Positions 22,251-35,862 of a stretch of 64,000 bases of DNA are shown here, in pieces. Within the stretch, counting starts at the first letter, position 1. The number at the start of each line of letters is the position of its first letter. This stretch comes from Trichoplax adhaerens (taxonomy: Eukaryota; Animalia; Placozoa), in NCBI RefSeq assembly GCF_000150275.1, contig NW_002060944.1, positions 1,412,911 to 1,476,910 on the forward strand, in the 5' to 3' direction. The notes under the pieces are model-generated. The model ran no database searches. It saw only the letters and a list, made by a program, of their open reading frames with translations, and had not been told where the DNA came from. The position numbers and the translations under genes were made by a program.

Positions 22251-22571
22251 AGTTTCAATCGTCGGGAAAGACCTATCAGACACCCTCATTATCGTACAGT
22301 ACTAAATACTCTACATTTCTGTCGGTACAGCACTGTACTATTTGAAACCGCTACAGGAGATGACATAATCCATCAACAACGTCAACACTGCTAAACTGGG
22401 CTGTCAGCTTCTGTCCGACTTTGAAATCATTTGATAATAATAAATAAAAAACTTTTGCGGCTTCTTAACTCTCGCACTGGTGAACTGTAAACAACTTCTT
22501 GGATTCGTGTACAAGCAGAGAAGCAAGCTATCACTTTGATTAGCAGGTAGTGCTGAATTATTTGTTCGGTG

Positions 22572-25500
22572 ATGCCGGATATGGATCTTGCAGGTAAGGA
22601 GGGTTTAGCATCAGATGATTTACTCTGCGTTGTAGGTATTTACTACCTGCCACGTCGACAAAACGTGAAAGAGTTGGATCACATTAATTGATTGGCTCTT
22701 GCTTCATAATAAAACTATGGTACGATAACGTATATGAAGAATAAGGATTAAAATTTTGTACCATGAATGAGTCGTTCTAGCTCTTGCTGTTACATTCTGT
22801 AAGTTAAAATATATATGTCATGATTTAGCCCTCCGGACACCTGGCATGAGTAGAAAAAACTTTGACATCGGTGATATAGCTGAAGAAGATGCCAATTACC
22901 CTACCCAATTTCATTATTTACTGTACATGCATTAAAATAATTATTCTAAACAATGTAAACGATAAAATCGATCGAGTTCAGTCAATAATGACAGCAATCA
23001 TCACAACAACCGTAAATATCAGAAGAACGGTGAAGAACGAGATTGCTCTGCTTATTATCTCAAAAATTCATAAATTCTCTTGTTTATGTGTGATTATATG
23101 AAATAATGACTAATTCATGCTGTATTCCTCCACGGACTTATGGTAAATTTAAACAAATTAAGCAGTAAACCTACTGTACCTCCACTTAGTAAAAGTCAAT
23201 AACAACGATTGATTAATTATCCGCTCGCTTGCTGCTAGACTTTAATAGTTTAAAGTTTAAACCATACGTGTAAATACCAGGCATTTCTACAGTAACGTAA
23301 TCAACGCATTCGGCTACACATGATTAATCTGAAGTATAGGACTGATAAATCACTGCTGCTCTTGCTCGATATGTATACTTCGAAAATTTTAGAAATCTCC
23401 AGGTTCCTTTTTCTGCAGAATTCTCATCTAAATATGGCCACCGCAGTCTGTGTACAATTCGAATTAATACGATACCATTGAACATATGTTTCAGATCAAT
23501 GGCTACCAATTCTATACCACACTTTTCCTAGCAGAGATATCGATATACAGGTAATCAATCATATTAAGGACTAAAAAATTGAGTATTACAGCCGAGTACT
23601 TTATACCGATATTTCTATCGTATATAATTTTATTAGATTTCTTCCTATTTCCCCCAAAAGCTACCAGATAGCGACACCTATTTTGCCATCGATCGCTTAG
23701 TTTACTGTTAATCCTAGTAATAATTAATAAAATAAAATTTTTACTGGATTAGGATTTATCAAGCGAACATATCGCAAGGATATTTTTTCTTCTGGAAAAT
23801 GGTGAAGTAAATGAAGTTGCGAAGAGTAAGATAGAGTTAATTTACTACTGTGAATTTTCCTAATTAAACTACAGATTGAAAACTAAAGCCTGTAGTTATA
23901 ACGTAATGGACCAGAGTTGCAAAGGTGATAAAATGAATGAAGGTTTGATTATGCGACCGTTAATCTTTTGCAGAAGAAGCACTTAGCTTTTGCTTTTACC
24001 AGCTTCGAAATGATGCCCAATCCAAGAGGTTAATATATCACCAAAAATAGTTATGCAAGAATTCCGAGTATCAGTTAAAAATCGACTCTGATTAATTATA
24101 GAGAGCAAATAGCAACAAATATGTGTTACTAAATGTTATATTTTTTCAGATTAAAAGTAACAATTTTTGATTTACTGTAACAAATAATTTAGATTCAAAC
24201 ATGCAGTCCTTATTGGCTCGCTACCAAAATTTATGTTAGAAAGTAAATTGCAATACGTAAGTAATGAATGAAGAACTGATCGATTATCGTCACACTGCAA
24301 TCGTCATTTCCATTGTAAAATATTATTATTGGTATTAAATATAGATACTAAGAAATCTACTTGAAGCTATCTTATTTGATTCGTGTGGGGAAGCTTACGA
24401 TAGCAAATTACGCAAATCAGCTATAAAAGCTATTGAAAAGTAAACTATCTACTGCAGTTCCTACTTTGTAACGATAAGGATAATAAATTTATTTGTTTAA
24501 TTTGAAAGAATATTTTCATTGATGTGAAGCTCAATTTAGAATTTACGTACATATTCAGATAGATAATATGTTTAGCAATTAGTTGATAAACAAACCTTAC
24601 ATTTTACATAGAATTGTCCGAAAATGCCCAGTTGATGGTGATTGTGATGGGATAACTGCTATAAATAATGATATAGTTCGCTTTCTCTTTGATGGATTAA
24701 TGAAAGCCATGACTGACTACAGTTCTAATTCGCGCGGCGATGTTGGATATATGTATGATAACTAATGTAGCAACGTTAATGTTCTTGTGCAACTTATACT
24801 CCTTCACACGAGACTGCAAAAGTCGATTATTTATTTATCTATTTGTTGATAACTATGTACACGTCATAACTTATTTACTTTTAATGTAGTGTTCGAGAAG
24901 CTGCCATGTCTGGCATTGAATTTCTCTTAACTCACATATCTAGGCAAGATCCATCACTTATTAAAAGAGATGAGTAAGTATTATCGGAGAGTATTCCACA
25001 GTATTCGCTTTATTAAGTATAGGACTGGTGTAATCGTTTCATAATGCATATCATTGTGCCACCTATTTCAGTTGGAAGCTATTTATTGGCAGTTTATTAC
25101 AGCAAACAGCGGAAAAAATGGATAGGACGCGGGCGCATGCTGGTGCTATTTTCATAAGATTAATTCACTCTGAAGTGTAAGTCCTAACAGCTGAAATCTT
25201 CTAAACCGAGATGATATAAATTTTCATTTTATTAAACTTTCAATTTTAATTGTAGGTCTGATACAAAAAAAATTCCTGGGTTGAAAGTTTTTCAGAAACT
25301 GTTTCCAAAGTACTAATATAGACTATTTAAATAAACTATCGGTTACTGTTAAAATCTATTGCGCTGATATACGGTAATATTCTATCTACCAGAAACTTTC
25401 CGGACTTTTTTCGAAGAGGAAGATCAGCTGATATATTCTCACGTTTGATAAAAATATTGCCTATGAAAGAATATACATATCCTGTATTATCTGGAATTGT

Positions 25501-26845
25501 TGTTAGCAGTGGTGGTTATGTATCTGAATCAATGGTGTGTTCTACAGACGTTGCTTATTTTAAATATATGTTAGAGCCTTGTATTAGATAAATCAGCTGT
25601 TAAGTTAATAAATATTAGTTAACTAACAGGCACAAATATAACACTGCTCTTTTCAATTATTGCAATCTTGTAGTGCAACCACGCCCGACGTTCTCTTCTC
25701 AATTATTTAAGAGAATCTACTAGCGAGTATGTAAATCCCGATTTTATTGCGAATCATTTTCATCATATTGCTATTGTCCGTTTTAAACACCATTAAATAA
25801 ATCTAATTTTTTTGTTGCTAATAACTTGTTCATTAAATAGGAATATAGAACAGTTTGAAGATTTTTTGAACACACTAACAACTATTTATAAGAATAATGG
25901 TCGAACGGATAGGTTCTTTCATTTACTTACATCTATAGTTCTTTCTATTGCTACATGTACATATTTCATACTAATTGAATTGTTGAACAGCTCACACACG
26001 TAAAATTTCATTAATAATTTAACGTTAAGTTAATTTTATGATTACAGGATTGTGTTTCCATTATTATGTATGACGGATTTTCTACTCTTGAATGACTCAT
26101 TTTCATTAATTATGGATAACGATTGGTACACACTTTCGATCTTCTTTTTCGAATTTTAATGTATACAGCAACCTGTGCCAAGTTCTAATAATTCATACTT
26201 AATCATGTAACGCAAAATTTTATCATATAGTCATCCTTTTCTTTTGGGGGTCATGGATATGTTGGAAGTAGAAAGCGTGACTTCAACTGACGTTATAAAG
26301 ACTGAAGTTATTATTAGCGCGTAATTACTTTCTATAATTTGTCGATGATTAGGACAATATCGGTTACATTGTTTTCTTGTTTGTGTGCCAGTACTTGCGC
26401 CATGATGGAATTTCCGGATAAAATCAGAAAGCGATCAATTCCACTGATTATAAAATATTTGATGAATAAATATCCAAAGGTAATTGAAATGGTTTATATA
26501 ATTGATGTAGTTTTATGAGGTAAAATAGTAATATATGTTTACGAATATGTATATGACTAGGTTCGATGTTACGCGGCTGATCAACTATATATAGCACTGA
26601 TGACCTTTGAAAAGTCATTACAAAATTATCAGATCGATCGGTTAATGGAATTGCTTGCTGACACTGTCTGGTATGCTATCGTATTGCCTATTGGATAGAC
26701 GTTTATGTTACACGTAGTAGCTATTAATTTTTTATCATTTGCTTGTAGGGAAGATTCGTTATCAACTTTGCGTACGGTCATAGAGCAAATTTGCCATGGA
26801 TTTAACCTAAGTGCTAATCACTTACTAGTAAGATATTATTTTTAA
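22572..26845 (+). CDS. Divergent, N-terminally truncated TBCD paralog (C-terminal part only), head-to-head with TBCD
   Basis: 17 exons from 23495 to 26845 splice by GT-AG into one open frame colinear with the TBCD C-terminal part, e.g. AMTDYSSNSRGDVGYI|VREAAMSG, LLQQTAEKMDRTRAHAG, YTYPVLSGIVVSSGGYVSES and YPK|VRCYAADQLYIALMTF..LADTVW|ED. Intron positions are shared with the neighbouring TBCD. The 5' exons (ATG 22572, 22781-22798, 22829-22870, 22982-23029) are phase-compatible but tentative. Confidence 0.8.
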
Positions 26846-28750
26846 ATGCTATGATTTAACACATTTTCAACGAAATGTACAGTAAAACCTTTAGGCTGAT
26901 TTTTTAATTCTTTACTACAGCTATTAGAAGAATAAACAACTGTTACCTAGTATTGGTTGGAAAGGTTGATATCAAGAGATAATTTCTAGAAAAAAAATAT
27001 AAAATTCACTAAATAAGTCATAAAACGAGAAAATACAGTAGATACTGAATACTACTATGTAAAAATGTTAAAATTCTTGCTGCAGAGCTTTTAATCTTCG
27101 TAAGGATGAATAGTTTATATCATTAGATAATTATGTAAGTAGCAGTAGTTCCAGCTACTATACTCTGTACTGAATTCTATCATTTACCGTGCTTGTAGTT
27201 AAGTTAAGATGCAAACCGTGGATTATTTTTATGCATCAGGGGTGGATGCTAAACAAACAGCTACACTTCATTGTTTTATTCATCTTAGGAATGCATTTCT
27301 GTATAGCGTATTTAACTTGAATTTAGTGACATCGCGCTGGTAGGTATTAACCGGCTTAAATATACTATCTAATTCTACATTAAAATATCAAAAAATAAAA
27401 TCTGCATTATACTTGATCAAAGGAAGAAGTTTAGTTATTTGCCATTGAGCTGAGCAATCTGAAAGAAAGCGAATCCTGCTCTAAATAACGTGTTCTGATT
27501 ATTAACTTTGGTGTTATAATTACAGTAATTCCATTTCTCTTTTTTAAGTATAGTACATCTTATTTCTCGATGTAGGAATATGGCTAGTAAGTATAACAAA
27601 AACTTGTTTTGATTACCTTTTGGCCTAAAATCTAGGAACGTTTGTGAGATATGGTGTCTAACAAAAGCAATTTACAGTCTTATGTGTAATAATTACGGTA
27701 TATCCTGCATTGTCTATTGAATTATCGAAATACTGAAATTTATTAATACTAAAAACTAGCGCTGTAAATTTGATATCATTTTATGGATGATATTGATGTG
27801 TTAATGAATGATACCTCAGCTGGTTTTCATGGCAGGCGGCGCTATTAAATAAGCTTATATTCTCTGATTTTTTGTGATATAAAGACAAGTATCGACGCAT
27901 ACAAAACAATAATTAATTAGTTAATATTGTTAGTAAATATAATTAAGTTACAATCGACTGGCTGAAATTACATGAGCAGTTCAATATAATTTGTTAGTCA
28001 TGCGTTTAAATCACTATACTGATACAGAAAAATCAGGAATTTTAATGTCTTTTAACCATCCCTGACAGTCACTTGTTTTGTAATAAAAGAATTGAAAGGG
28101 GCCGTTCAGCCAATCGCCATGGTTCATCAATTGCGTGATGATAGAAATAAGAGTTTCGCAAATATATTAGGGCAAAATTTTCTTTTAACTCTCTCATTTA
28201 ATACGGCGCCGATAGGGTACTGTAAGTTTAAGGTTACATTACAGTAAGCTATTTTTGTGAATGGCAATAATACCGAAGCACAGTAGTACTAAGTTACTGC
28301 AGTACGTGGAAGAGGTTGTAGATTAAATTTCAATTTTAAAATTGTTAGTTTCATGTATTCTTTAGATATTCCATCATTCATTATAAATTATCAAACTGTC
28401 ATCTTATTCTCATAAGGTATCGTGCGGTGCTTGTTGATTTTAGCCCGTTGCTAAATCGTTGGTTTTATTTAGTTTCCATACAGTGTAGCGTACTGTAATG
28501 AATGATTAATTGTGCGTCAGTGATTGATTGTACAGTTTAGTAAAAACTACAAGTATGTACGGAAAGTATAGCAAGCGAGGGATCTATCACTAACAATAAA
28601 AGATCAGTTTAACCTGTAATTCTCTAGAGGACTCATTTGAAGATTTCTCGCTTAATGCTTGGAATTTTTTAAATTGTCAAGATTATAGTGATAACGCCTT
28701 TGCTGCTACTTCATATCTGAGATGAATCACCTACGGGTTTGAAATCAGTC

Positions 28751-29130
28751 TATCCGAGTGCAGTAGTAAAAAACGCCGGTCATTTCATAGAGTATATTGC
28801 AATCACATTATTAGCTGATCGAAGGGTACATAAGATCTGCACTTTTTCGAATAACTAGGGCGAATCATATCGATATAATGAGAGCATAGGTTATCCGAGT
28901 GCAGTAGTAAAAAACACCGGTCATTTCATAGAGTACCCTAACCCTAACCCTAACCCTAACATTATTGAGTGATCGAATGAGAGCATAGGCTATCCGAGTG
29001 CAGTAGTAAAAAACACCAGTCATTCCGTAGAATATATTGCAATCACATTATTAAGTGATCAACGTGTGCATAAGATCTGCACTTTTTCCAGTAACTAGGG
29101 CGAATCATATCGATATAATGAGAGCATTGG
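28751..29130. repeat. Tandem repeat, 3 units of ~140 bp; the middle unit is internally deleted and carries a telomeric insert
   Basis: Units begin tatccgagtgcagtagtaaaaaac at 28751, 28892 and 28991, and each has aatgagagcat near its end. Confidence 0.92.
28936..28960 (-). repeat. Interstitial telomeric sequence (TTAGGG)4
   Basis: ccctaaccctaaccctaaccctaac, four perfect metazoan telomere repeats, absent from the two sister repeat units. Confidence 0.9.
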
Positions 29131-30129
29131 CATGCTGGGGGTTTCTTTTTCCACTTTTTGATTGTAAACAAACAAATGAATGAGTGAATGAATGAGTCTG
29201 TAATGTTGCAAAACATGTAAATTGTACTACTACGAATGGAGAGGAGTTTTATTGGCTTCATCTCAGCAGTGGATTTGATGACTCATTGATGAGTCACTAC
29301 CTTATCATCGAATGAAGACACTCCAAGATTGCTGGAAATATTACTCATCAACTTTAAATAAATTTGTTTTTGTTATTAGTAATGATTATTTTTATCCGTG
29401 TTGGCTAACTGGTCCATTGCCATATACGGTCTTGGCACTACTCGAGCTACTCGAGCTACGATAAAGTAAATGATGTCATAACTAATCGATCAGTGAGCAT
29501 TGCAAAAGTGCACGTTTGCCTGGACCATCATGCACAATAATAATAAAAAAAAAGTCATGCTTTGACAATTGGATGCCATTCCATATCTCATAGTAATGAA
29601 CACTATTCACTGAGTACTAATTTGTAGAGACTAGAGCTAGTAGATGACTCGTAATAAACTAAACTTACTATTGAGGCATACAGCAAACAGAGGTTACGGT
29701 GTCAAAAGGGGAAAAAATGAAGTTAGCCACCTCAACTGTTAACCACTGCTTACAGTAGTGCATAAACAATAATATTACACGCAATGTACACCTTTCGTGG
29801 TCCGTTTAGAAGTATCTACAGTACAATACCAATTGATTAAGACTTGTTAACACAGTCGCACTATTCTAGCTGCTGAAACCATTGCAATGGATGATCGACA
29901 TTCATTATAATATCACTACTGGAAGAGAAAGCTGTCCGAGATAGAAAACTTTTTCCATCTTTATTTATTAAGGGGACTCTAATAACCGTGCCTATCGCCT
30001 ACTATTCTGTGTACTATATAGGTGATACTAATCCATACAATTCACTGCATTCTAGATTGCAGTTTTCTTTTTGCCTGAAGAGTGAAAGTAATCAATTTTG
30101 CTCTCTTTCCTTAGTCCGTCATTCAAGTA

Positions 30130-30137
30130 TGACGTCA
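30130..30137. promoter_or_regulatory. Perfect CRE/ATF palindrome TGACGTCA upstream of MAP2K4
   Basis: Exact consensus ~350 bp upstream of the proposed MAP2K4 ATG, next to a CAGTA/CTGTA cluster. Confidence 0.45.
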
Positions 30138-30481
30138 ACGATTTCATGCTGAGCTACAGTACAATCCAGTACTGTACACTGTACAAGATTGTACTGTACA
30201 CTCTGATGCTGTGGTATCGACCAATTAAGGTTGCCGTATGGAATATTGGAGACTGTTTCATTCAAGTCATTAATCCACACCTTTTCACTACCAATCGATC
30301 GCTGTTCTCTCTTGTCGACCACGATACCGGCTGTTGCACCGTACTGGACCGCTATGACGCTGGATGCCCCAACTGGAGTAGCCGCAAAAGTAAAACCTGC
30401 AACCCAACAAGAACCATATTTATCACTTGGGATATTCGACGTCTTTCCAACTGCAAGACAACACAAATTACTAGCATTAGC

Positions 30482-33400
30482 ATGAGTGGTTTAGGTAAGT
30501 GCAACTGCTGTAGTTGAAGAGTGGAAGTGTTACGCTAGAAGTGAAAATTCTAGCTTTAAAATACTCTTGTAACGCATGAGAACCTTTTGTATTTGACAAT
30601 GGCATTCTACTATTTGATGCAGTCATGACGGTTAGCAATCTAGTCGAGCTAGGGTCTAATTTTTTATTCTAATTTCCATGCAATTGAAATGCAAATTTGT
30701 CATATTGATCAAGACGATACAGCTTGACAATCCCCTATTCGAAATAATCTTATCATCGATGTTAAGATATACTGTCGTTATTGGTCATATACAAGATGTT
30801 GAGGGGGTTCAAATAGAAGAAGAAGAAAACCAACCTTTGAAGTTAGACTATATTGCAGGCTATCATTTTTTATTCAAGGGTGTAATGCAGTGGTCCAACT
30901 TGAACGAGTCCAGTATAGTATGTCTCGTTATTCCTTAACGGCAGCGACATTAGATCGACATTACGATCACATAGATAGGTAGATTATCGCACATTGTACT
31001 ATAAAAATCCTATAGAATTGAAAAGCAAGTTAACTGTCATGGCAGTAAACGTATCGTTTAAACAAGCGTCTCCTACTTTTTACTGGTACACGACAATGGC
31101 ATAAGGACACAAAGATCCCAATGGATACCACTCGAAAGCGATAATTTACAGTACATGTAGACGTTTCGTTACTCTTCTTCACCGCTTCATAAGTAGATGT
31201 ATTTTTCTGACTGCCATCGGATCCATTCCATCTGTAGTAGTCAAGATGATGAACGAAGCTACCCTGCGTGCCAATTTAAATATGAAAATACTTTTCTTCA
31301 TTATTGATAAAATTTGAAACGCTATGACAATGTCAGCTATAATTTCATGATATAGTTTCACTTCTCTTCTTCGAATCAGAAGTAGACGAAATTACTGCTA
31401 TTGGATCTCTCCCATCTGTAGTAGCCAAGAATATGAACTAAGCTATCTTACGAGTCAATTACAATATTAAAATACTTGTCTTCACTAGTGATATAATTTG
31501 AAACGCTATTCGATTGTCTACCGTAATTGCATTATTTACTTATACATTTTACTACTTCTCTTCTTCTCCAATTCATAAGTAGACGTATTTTTCCTACTTC
31601 CATCCAACCTGATCCATCTGTAGTAGTCAAGATTATAAACTAAGCTACCTTACGTATCAATTTATATTAAAATACTTCTCTTCACTAATGATATAATTTG
31701 AAACGCTATCAGATTACCAGCCATAATTTCGTTACTGTATTTAGTTGTAATAACGGATAGGTATATGGGATTGACAAGACGAGAAAAAATCGTACATCAG
31801 TTATTAAAATATCAAAAGTGCTTGTAGATGTTAAATTAAATCATGATTCAATTAACGGTCGAATAAAGACAGTTTCTGATCACCATTTCGTACGGATTAA
31901 CCGTTGCTATCATATTTTTATAGGTAGTAGTAAGCGAGGACTTAAGCTAGACTTTGATAAACGAGGACCACCTCGTCGAAAATCTCCTGTTCAACCAAAA
32001 GTACAAGTGTAAGTTCTAAAAACTACTTCAATTTTCATTTCAATGTCTAATTTAATTAGGATAGCTAATCGATGCTTACTTCACTAGCTAAATGATGATA
32101 TAATAATACCTAAATTTCGCTGTATGCGCATCTAGTAATCCTATCGAAGAACATAAACTAGGAACACAAGGAACTTTAACAATCGATGGACAGGTATCAT
32201 CTGCAAAACTAAACTAGCACTATCTTTTTATCTTGTTTGCTTTACTTTACTGTAGCCTCTACATACTTTAATCGCTAAATGCAGCACAAAGGCTTGAAAC
32301 AGTACCACATCATTTAGCACAATAGGACAGACTGTCCTTTGTCGTAATACAGTACAATATGATTTATTCTTTAGATTCTGTAACTACTATTTCTGCTCAG
32401 GTCTAGACTCATCTATGTACCTACAACAAGTACAGTATTGAGTACCCTAACTTTAATTTATTCTTGATAGAATTATAGTTTTGTTGCAACCGATTTGATC
32501 GATGAAGGTGAAATCGGCCGTGGTGCATATGGCACTGTAAACAAGATGCTACATGAAGAGAGTAAAACTTTAATGGGTGTAAAGGTATTTATTTCAGTTC
32601 TGAATGATAAGAAGCATGTCACCTTGGTTAAATTTCCTTTGCGATATAGTATAAATATATTCCCTGTCAATTTTAAATGAATTCTGTAACTGACTTCATC
32701 CAATCATAAACTGAAAGAATACCGAATTAAAATAAACGTTAGAGTAGTTATTTACATTAGCATTACCTTTCACAGAGAATTCGAGCTGAAGTAGACGGAC
32801 TAGAGCAACGCAGACTATTAATGGATTTAGATGTTGTAATTAAAAGCCGTTGCGAATATATCGTGAAGTTCTATGGAGCCGTTTTCCATGAGGTACATCT
32901 TGTATGAGTATAAATATAAATGTGTTCGATAATTATTATTGGCTACTATCGCATATTTTCTTACCATATTCAACACCCATTAGCATGAATTAACAGCTAT
33001 AAATTTTAGCGTAACTTCGTGAGATTGTTCATATTCGCTTTAAATTTAATACTACAGATGACTATTAGTCACAACATTTACAGGCTGTGATCATTTCCTT
33101 TATAGTTTATATTCAGCCTATAATTATCGGTGCCACTTAAAACCCATGAATATATATATTTATTAGCAATGTACTTGAATTTTTTGGATTTAATATCTCA
33201 ACTTAATGATACTACACACATATATAGGGTGATGCTTGGATTTGTATGGAATTAATGACTATATCACTAGATAAATTCTCGAAATTAGTCTATTGCAATT
33301 TAAAGCAAACCTTTCCTGAAGATTTTTTAGGCAAAATCTCCGTTGCTGTAAGTTATCTAATAATATCTAGGCATTAAAATGTATTCATGAATTAGTTTAT

Positions 33401-35171
33401 ATTAAGAACTGTCTCGCAAGTGGTGTTTAGTTACCGTCCTACCTTTATGCTGGTATACTCGCCTAAGTTTAAATTATTCTCTCATGTCACTAATTAGGTC
33501 GTTAGAGCTTTAAATTATTTAAAAACTGAACTAAATATAATTCACAGAGGTAAGATTACTAATTAAGATATCTTTTGCTAGAACCAGTTGACAAGTACTT
33601 GTAATCAATATTATTTCTTTCAATTAGTTGCCGGATTGAGATCATTTTGTATTTCTCAATCTCTTCATTTTTGTTTGATACAGTACTATTGTTTACGATT
33701 AATCACTAGTTTTTATACAATTCCCTAAATGCTAAAGATAGCCTATTTGTACAATTTAAATTTAAAGCGAAATCAGAATACTAATTATTAGCACCTTCAT
33801 ATACCGTCTGTAAAACACTATGATCATGACGTAAATTTACTATCTGTTATGGGGTACTAAAACTAGAAGTTCCTAGTACGAATTTCTTTAGCATTTTTCT
33901 AAGACGACTATTGAAATTTAAAAGTAGTCATATTACAGATTTTAATTGTATTTTGCTATTATGTTACTATCTGACAAATGAAATATAATAAATTAGACGT
34001 GAAGCCATCTAATATTCTTCTGGACGATAATGGAAACGTTAAGCTTTGTGATTTTGGTATAAGTGGTAAACTTGTTGATTCTATAGCAAAAACTCGTGAC
34101 GCCGGTTGTAGACCGTATATGGCTGTAAGTATTTCGTGTGATTTCATCACAATTGCCACGCAGATATATCGATTATTTTTATCGTACATGAGCAAGTTTT
34201 CGATTAATCAATAACACCATCAGCACTATACATATATGTACAATATTGTTGACTGTGATTATTTATATTTAATAGCCTGAGCGTATAAATCCTGAAACTG
34301 CTCGCGATGGTTATGATGTTCGATCAGACATATGGAGCTTGGGGATTACACTTGTAGGCACTTGCAATTTAGCATTCTTGATATACACAATTAAGCTTAC
34401 GAGACTAATTTTTATAACAGGTCGAATTGGCAACTGGAAAATTTCCTTATCCCCAGTGGAAAACAATCTTTGAGCAATTATCTCAGGTTGTTAGCGGGCC
34501 TGCACCTCGTTTAGTGAATACTTCCGGAAAACAGTTTACTGATGAATTTATAAGTTTCGTGCATAGTTGGTGAGATTAAATGCTTTGACTTCAATCGAGT
34601 GATTGTAATAAATTACTGGGATTACAGCAAATTTTTCTAATACTAATTGTATGCATTCATGATACCATAATACTTAGCTTAATTAAAGAAGTCGCTAAGC
34701 GACCAAAGTATGGAGCCATCATGGTAAGAAAGTATTCAGCTGTTTAAGTCGAATATACTGTATAATGAAGTCTATAGTACAATCGAAATTTAGGAAAATT
34801 AATAATAGAAATATAACTTGTTTTACTGAATGAAATAGAAACCTGAAATGCGTCTATACAGTACTCATACGAGTACCGTTCTACATTTTTCCATTGTATT
34901 AAATAAAAGTAAAATTGTATTTCTACTTTATTAATTTTCACTTAATTTGTTTTCTATAAGTAGTATACGGATTAAATACTTCTTTGACTAACTGTGAGTA
35001 ACGGAGAAAGTGAATAACTATATTTACTAACTCTACCACTCTTTAACATAGGAACATCCTTTCATAAAGAAATATCAATCGTCCGATATAGTCGCTGCCA
35101 ATTACGTTAAGGGTGTTTTAGCCGAAACTCAGTATCGATTGTCTACTATTTTATACGATTCTGATAAATAA
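30482..35171 (+). CDS. MAP2K4: Dual-specificity MAP kinase kinase 4 (MKK4/SEK1/JNKK1)
   Basis: Proposed exon 1 ATGAGTGGTTTAG|gtaagt (30482-30494, phase 1) joins the exon at 31924 carrying docking site KRGLKLDF. Then [76 protein letters not shown] (MKK4-type SIAKT loop) and [15 protein letters not shown]. Stop TAA at 35171. Confidence 0.93.
31170..31740. repeat. Diverged tandem triplication of ~190-bp units inside MAP2K4 intron 1
   Basis: Shared cores ccatctgtagtag(t/c)caaga, aaaatactt..cttca and aatttgaaacgctat in each unit. Units start at ~31170, ~31362 and ~31556. Confidence 0.85.
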
Positions 35172-35862
35172 TTGATTTGCTTTGCTTAGTTTTAATTTAT
35201 CTTTTAACCGTGGATTTTGCTATTATTCAATAGCATCCATTTTGAATGTGTGATTGCTTTATCAGATTACAATTTTAATCCATAAAATTCAGCTTTTATT
35301 GTACTCTACAGTATGTACTGTTAGTTCGATTCATGTGAAAGATTTTTGTGTTATAACTGTACTGCTTTAATATTTAGCATCAAGGATAATATAATGCTAA
35401 ATAATTCTTCAAATCAACTTGTTCCATGTAAATATATACGACGACACTTTGCTGATATAATTATTTTTAGGTGTATGTTAAATTTGTCATCCGTCTCAGT
35501 TAAATATTTGTATCCGTTTGGATTGGTGTTTGTTCTTGTAATCTTTAAGCTTCATCAATGTAATCATGACTTGCATTTGGGTCGTCAATACATGAAAATC
35601 GAACAAATCCGCAATTGAACAAGGAAATAACTTGATTAAATTGCCGAAATTTAGTTCAATCAATGTATTTATTTTATTTAGTAATTTTACTTCGGTATTT
35701 ACACGTTTAAGTATATCAGGAGTTATAATTTTATCTCGTATACCGCTTCTACTTTAAGATAATAGTCAACTTTGGCAGAGTATTCTCTTGTCAATGAATA
35801 GCCAACCATACACTTGTACTTTACACTTACGAACTATCTACTTTAATTATTAATTATGGACA

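Noticed and set aside
28751-29130. Repeat with variable interior, superficially CRISPR-like or U3 snoRNA-like (ggtcatttcatag)
   Set aside because: Eukaryotic context, long units with no unique spacers and no cas genes. The U3 similarity is one short word with no other boxes.
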